From Pseudomonadota bacterium (GTDB lineage: Bacteria > Bdellovibrionota_B > Oligoflexia > Oligoflexales > CAIMVM01), in the NCBI GenBank assembly GCA_037142195.1, contig JBAXBA010000038.1, positions 1-31,001 of the forward strand: a stretch of DNA of 31,001 nt, read 5' to 3'. Position 1 is the first letter of the stretch. The number at the start of each line of letters is the position of its first letter. Shown one piece after another: positions 28,643-31,001 of this stretch. The notes under the pieces are model-generated. The model ran no database searches and was not told where the DNA came from. It worked only from the letters and a program-made list of their open reading frames with translations. A program made the position numbers and the translations under genes.

Positions 28643-29883
28643 TGTTTAGGCTTCTGCTACTGTTGCTTTCCTTATTATGTGTCACTACGACTTCTCTAGC
28701 CCGCCCCATTCCGGTACCCAATCATATCCCAACAGATATAGCTGTATCCGATATCGACGTAGAGCTTTATACCGTCGGCCTTGGACCCGCACTCTACATG
28801 CGCTATGGACACACTCTGCTTGGATTTCATGTAAAATCAACGGGCGCGCGACTTATCTATAATTGGGGTATGTTTGATTTTGAAGACCCCCTTTTTCCGA
28901 TTCATTTTTATCTCGGAAAAAGAACCTATTGGGTCGGACAGTCAAGCCTTGAAGGAGTGATTAGGTTATATAGAGACTATGAAGACCGCAATGTTTGGCG
29001 AGACATAATAAACTTAACTGACAACCAAAAAACTGAGCTGATTCGACTGGTAAATGAAAAGCTTTCCTCAGAAAATATGTTTTTTGGCTATGAGCACTTC
29101 GAACGAAATTGCGCTACGATTCCCAGAGACTTGATAAATGATAGCTTAGGACAAATCCTTTCAAAGAGCCTAAAGGCGGAACCTGCAAGTCATAATTTTA
29201 GATGGTATGTGAGAACTCACTTAGGAATTATTCCCTATCTCGGTTGGATTTTAGACATTGCGATGAACAGCAAACTTGACGTCCCTCAGTCCAAATGGGA
29301 AGAATCTTTTTATCCTATAAAACTTAGAGAATATGCAGCATCACTTCCTGCTTACAATGACGACGGAACGCCTAAAATTGGTCAAAATCTCCTTCAATTC
29401 GACAAACAATTGGTAGTGGCTTCAAGTGACTGGCTACAACCAGATCCCAATTTCTATATATATGTGACCGCCTTTATTTTATTCGTCACCTTATCTATCC
29501 TATTTTTCCAAATTCCTTTTCTTGCCGGAATAAGTTCGGTATTGCTTGGAGGAGTCTTTGGCATAATCGGTTTTTCGATGCTTGTGAGTTGGATTTTTTC
29601 TACTCACTTCGACATGCATCACAATATCAACATGCTTCTTTTTTTCCCTGCGGACTTTATCTTAATCTTTATACCGAAATGGAAGCAAAGACCTTGGTTC
29701 AGGAATTATGTGATTTGCCATTGGGTTCTCTTGGGAGTTCACATAATTGTCACACTCTTAGGAATTTCCAATCAAAATGCACTTAGAGTGCTTCCTGTCG
29801 GTATAGGCTATACCATTTGGATGAGCGTTGCTTCCGGATGGCTCATCTACAAGGAAAAAAGCTTTCACTTAAGAATTCCTTAA
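28642..29883 (+). CDS. DUF4105 / Lnb-like lipoprotein N-acyltransferase
   Basis: Signal peptide, YGHT, YNWGMFDF, Y.HFERNCAT (Cys/His NlpC/P60-like pair), about five C-terminal TM helices; ATG overlaps the upstream TGA; GGAG RBS. Confidence 0.82.
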   Translation: MFRLLLLLLSLLCVTTTSLARPIPVPNHIPTDIAVSDIDVELYTVGLGPALYMRYGHTLLGFHVKSTGARLIYNWGMFDFEDPLFPIHFYLGKRTYWVGQSSLEGVIRLYRDYEDRNVWRDIINLTDNQKTELIRLVNEKLSSENMFFGYEHFERNCATIPRDLINDSLGQILSKSLKAEPASHNFRWYVRTHLGIIPYLGWILDIAMNSKLDVPQSKWEESFYPIKLREYAASLPAYNDDGTPKIGQNLLQFDKQLVVASSDWLQPDPNFYIYVTAFILFVTLSILFFQIPFLAGISSVLLGGVFGIIGFSMLVSWIFSTHFDMHHNINMLLFFPADFILIFIPKWKQRPWFRNYVICHWVLLGVHIIVTLLGISNQNALRVLPVGIGYTIWMSVASGWLIYKEKSFHLRIP

Positions 29884-30075
29884 AGTCAGAGGTCTTTAAT
29901 ATTATTTTGTAGGTGCCTATTTTTAGCAACATACATTCTATTCATTGTCAGGATGATTTTCAGAAGCTCTCCCTCGAGGAGAGACAAACTGCTAGTAAAA
30001 AATTGATTTTTTGAATTGGCAGCTGCTTGTATTGTTGATATAGTTTAGTCCTAAATTTAAGCAGGGAGTTTAATT

Positions 30076-30873
30076 ATGAAAAGGCTGGTTGGGCTTTTAT
30101 TGGCGATGTTTTCCTTTACAGCAGTCGCTTCAGAATCAATTGCAATCATGGAAACAACCATGGGTACTATTAAAATTAAACTGTTCCCTGATAAGGCACC
30201 CATTACTGTTTCAAACTTCGTGGAGCTTTCTCAAAAAGGCTTCTATGACGGACTTACCTTTCACCGGGTTATCCCTAAATTTATGATTCAAGGTGGCGAT
30301 CCCAAAGGTGACGGCACGGGCGGGCCTGGCTATGCTTTTAAAGACGAATTCCATAAGGATCTAAGACACAACAAACCTGGAATGCTTTCCATGGCTAATT
30401 CTGGACCAGGGACTAATGGCAGTCAGTTTTTTATTACTGTAGCACCAACCCCCCATCTCGATGATAAACATTCCATATTCGGTGAGGTTGTAGAGGGACT
30501 CGATGTCGCTATCAAGATCTCCGAAGCTCCTACTGATAATTCTCGTCCTAAAGAAAAGATTGCCATTAAAAAAATTACCATTAAAGGCGACTTTAAACCT
30601 ACTGCCTTTCCCAAGGAAAAAGAGCTCACAGAAGCAGAAATACAAAAGCTAACTTCAACTATGGTCGAAAGCTTAGTGAAGAAAACGGGAGAAGTGCAAA
30701 ATTTTGGCAAGCTAGGCTCCGCTAAATTTGTCAAGGGCATGAGCAAGGGCGGAATGATTCAAGCCATTTATGCGGTTGATTATGAAAAGAAAAAAGGCGT
30801 TAAATCCATGGTCATCGGAAATACCGTCAAAGAAAAATTTAATCTTCTACATTTTGAAGTTAATGTCGAGTAA
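30076..30873 (+). CDS. Exported cyclophilin-type peptidyl-prolyl isomerase with extra C-terminal domain
   Basis: Signal peptide; [57 protein letters not shown]. Confidence 0.95.
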   Translation: MKRLVGLLLAMFSFTAVASESIAIMETTMGTIKIKLFPDKAPITVSNFVELSQKGFYDGLTFHRVIPKFMIQGGDPKGDGTGGPGYAFKDEFHKDLRHNKPGMLSMANSGPGTNGSQFFITVAPTPHLDDKHSIFGEVVEGLDVAIKISEAPTDNSRPKEKIAIKKITIKGDFKPTAFPKEKELTEAEIQKLTSTMVESLVKKTGEVQNFGKLGSAKFVKGMSKGGMIQAIYAVDYEKKKGVKSMVIGNTVKEKFNLLHFEVNVE

Positions 30874-30925
30874 CAATGATAACTGACTCCAATCGATATA
30901 TTGCTGTTCTTAATTTTCCAGACTC

Positions 30926-30958
30926 GAAAAACACTCTCTACATTGAGGGTGTTTTTTT
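30926..30958 (+). terminator. Intrinsic terminator after the PPIase gene (possibly bidirectional)
   Basis: aaaaacactctc-tacatt-gagggtgttttttt. Confidence 0.8.
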
Positions 30959-31001
30959 CTTTCGTGTCTAAATGCAATTTTGTAGCCGGCAGTTCTCCTG
31001 A

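Noticed and set aside
30780..30977. 65-aa minus-strand ORF at the right edge
   Set aside because: Runs through the terminator and overlaps the PPIase 3' end; no coding evidence.

Overview
About 42% GC bacterial chromosome segment, densely coding and mostly housekeeping or envelope genes. Gene content and several lineage-typical hypothetical proteins suggest Bdellovibrionota/Oligoflexia (inference, not tested). Left to right: a tightly packed minus-strand run eno - M28/glutaminyl-cyclase-like lipoprotein - STAS-like protein - cheA - cheW; pepA; secreted phosphoesterase; mutY; small secreted Cys protein; hbd-crt followed by a Lys/Ala-rich histone-H1/PhaF-like protein; pabB-like overlapping ubiB; small membrane protein; trhO; secreted hypothetical; large divergent patatin-like lipoprotein; mutS2 followed by a fused alpha/beta 2-oxoacid dehydrogenase E1; pilD - diguanylate cyclase - acyl-CoA thioesterase - Lnb/DUF4105; cyclophilin with an extra C-terminal domain. 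I found no CRISPR array, rRNA, tRNA, mobile element or defence system. The best candidate for something undescribed is the chemotaxis locus: its CheA appears to lack P2 but has a ~297-aa N-terminal extension with tandem acidic amphipathic repeats (EIDDxEAxxLLxxMDxP) resembling CheY-docking peptides, and it lies directly behind a STAS-like protein. Other leads are a probable CTG start codon, a patatin without the DGG aspartate, and two unexplained, hairpin-containing intergenic gaps.
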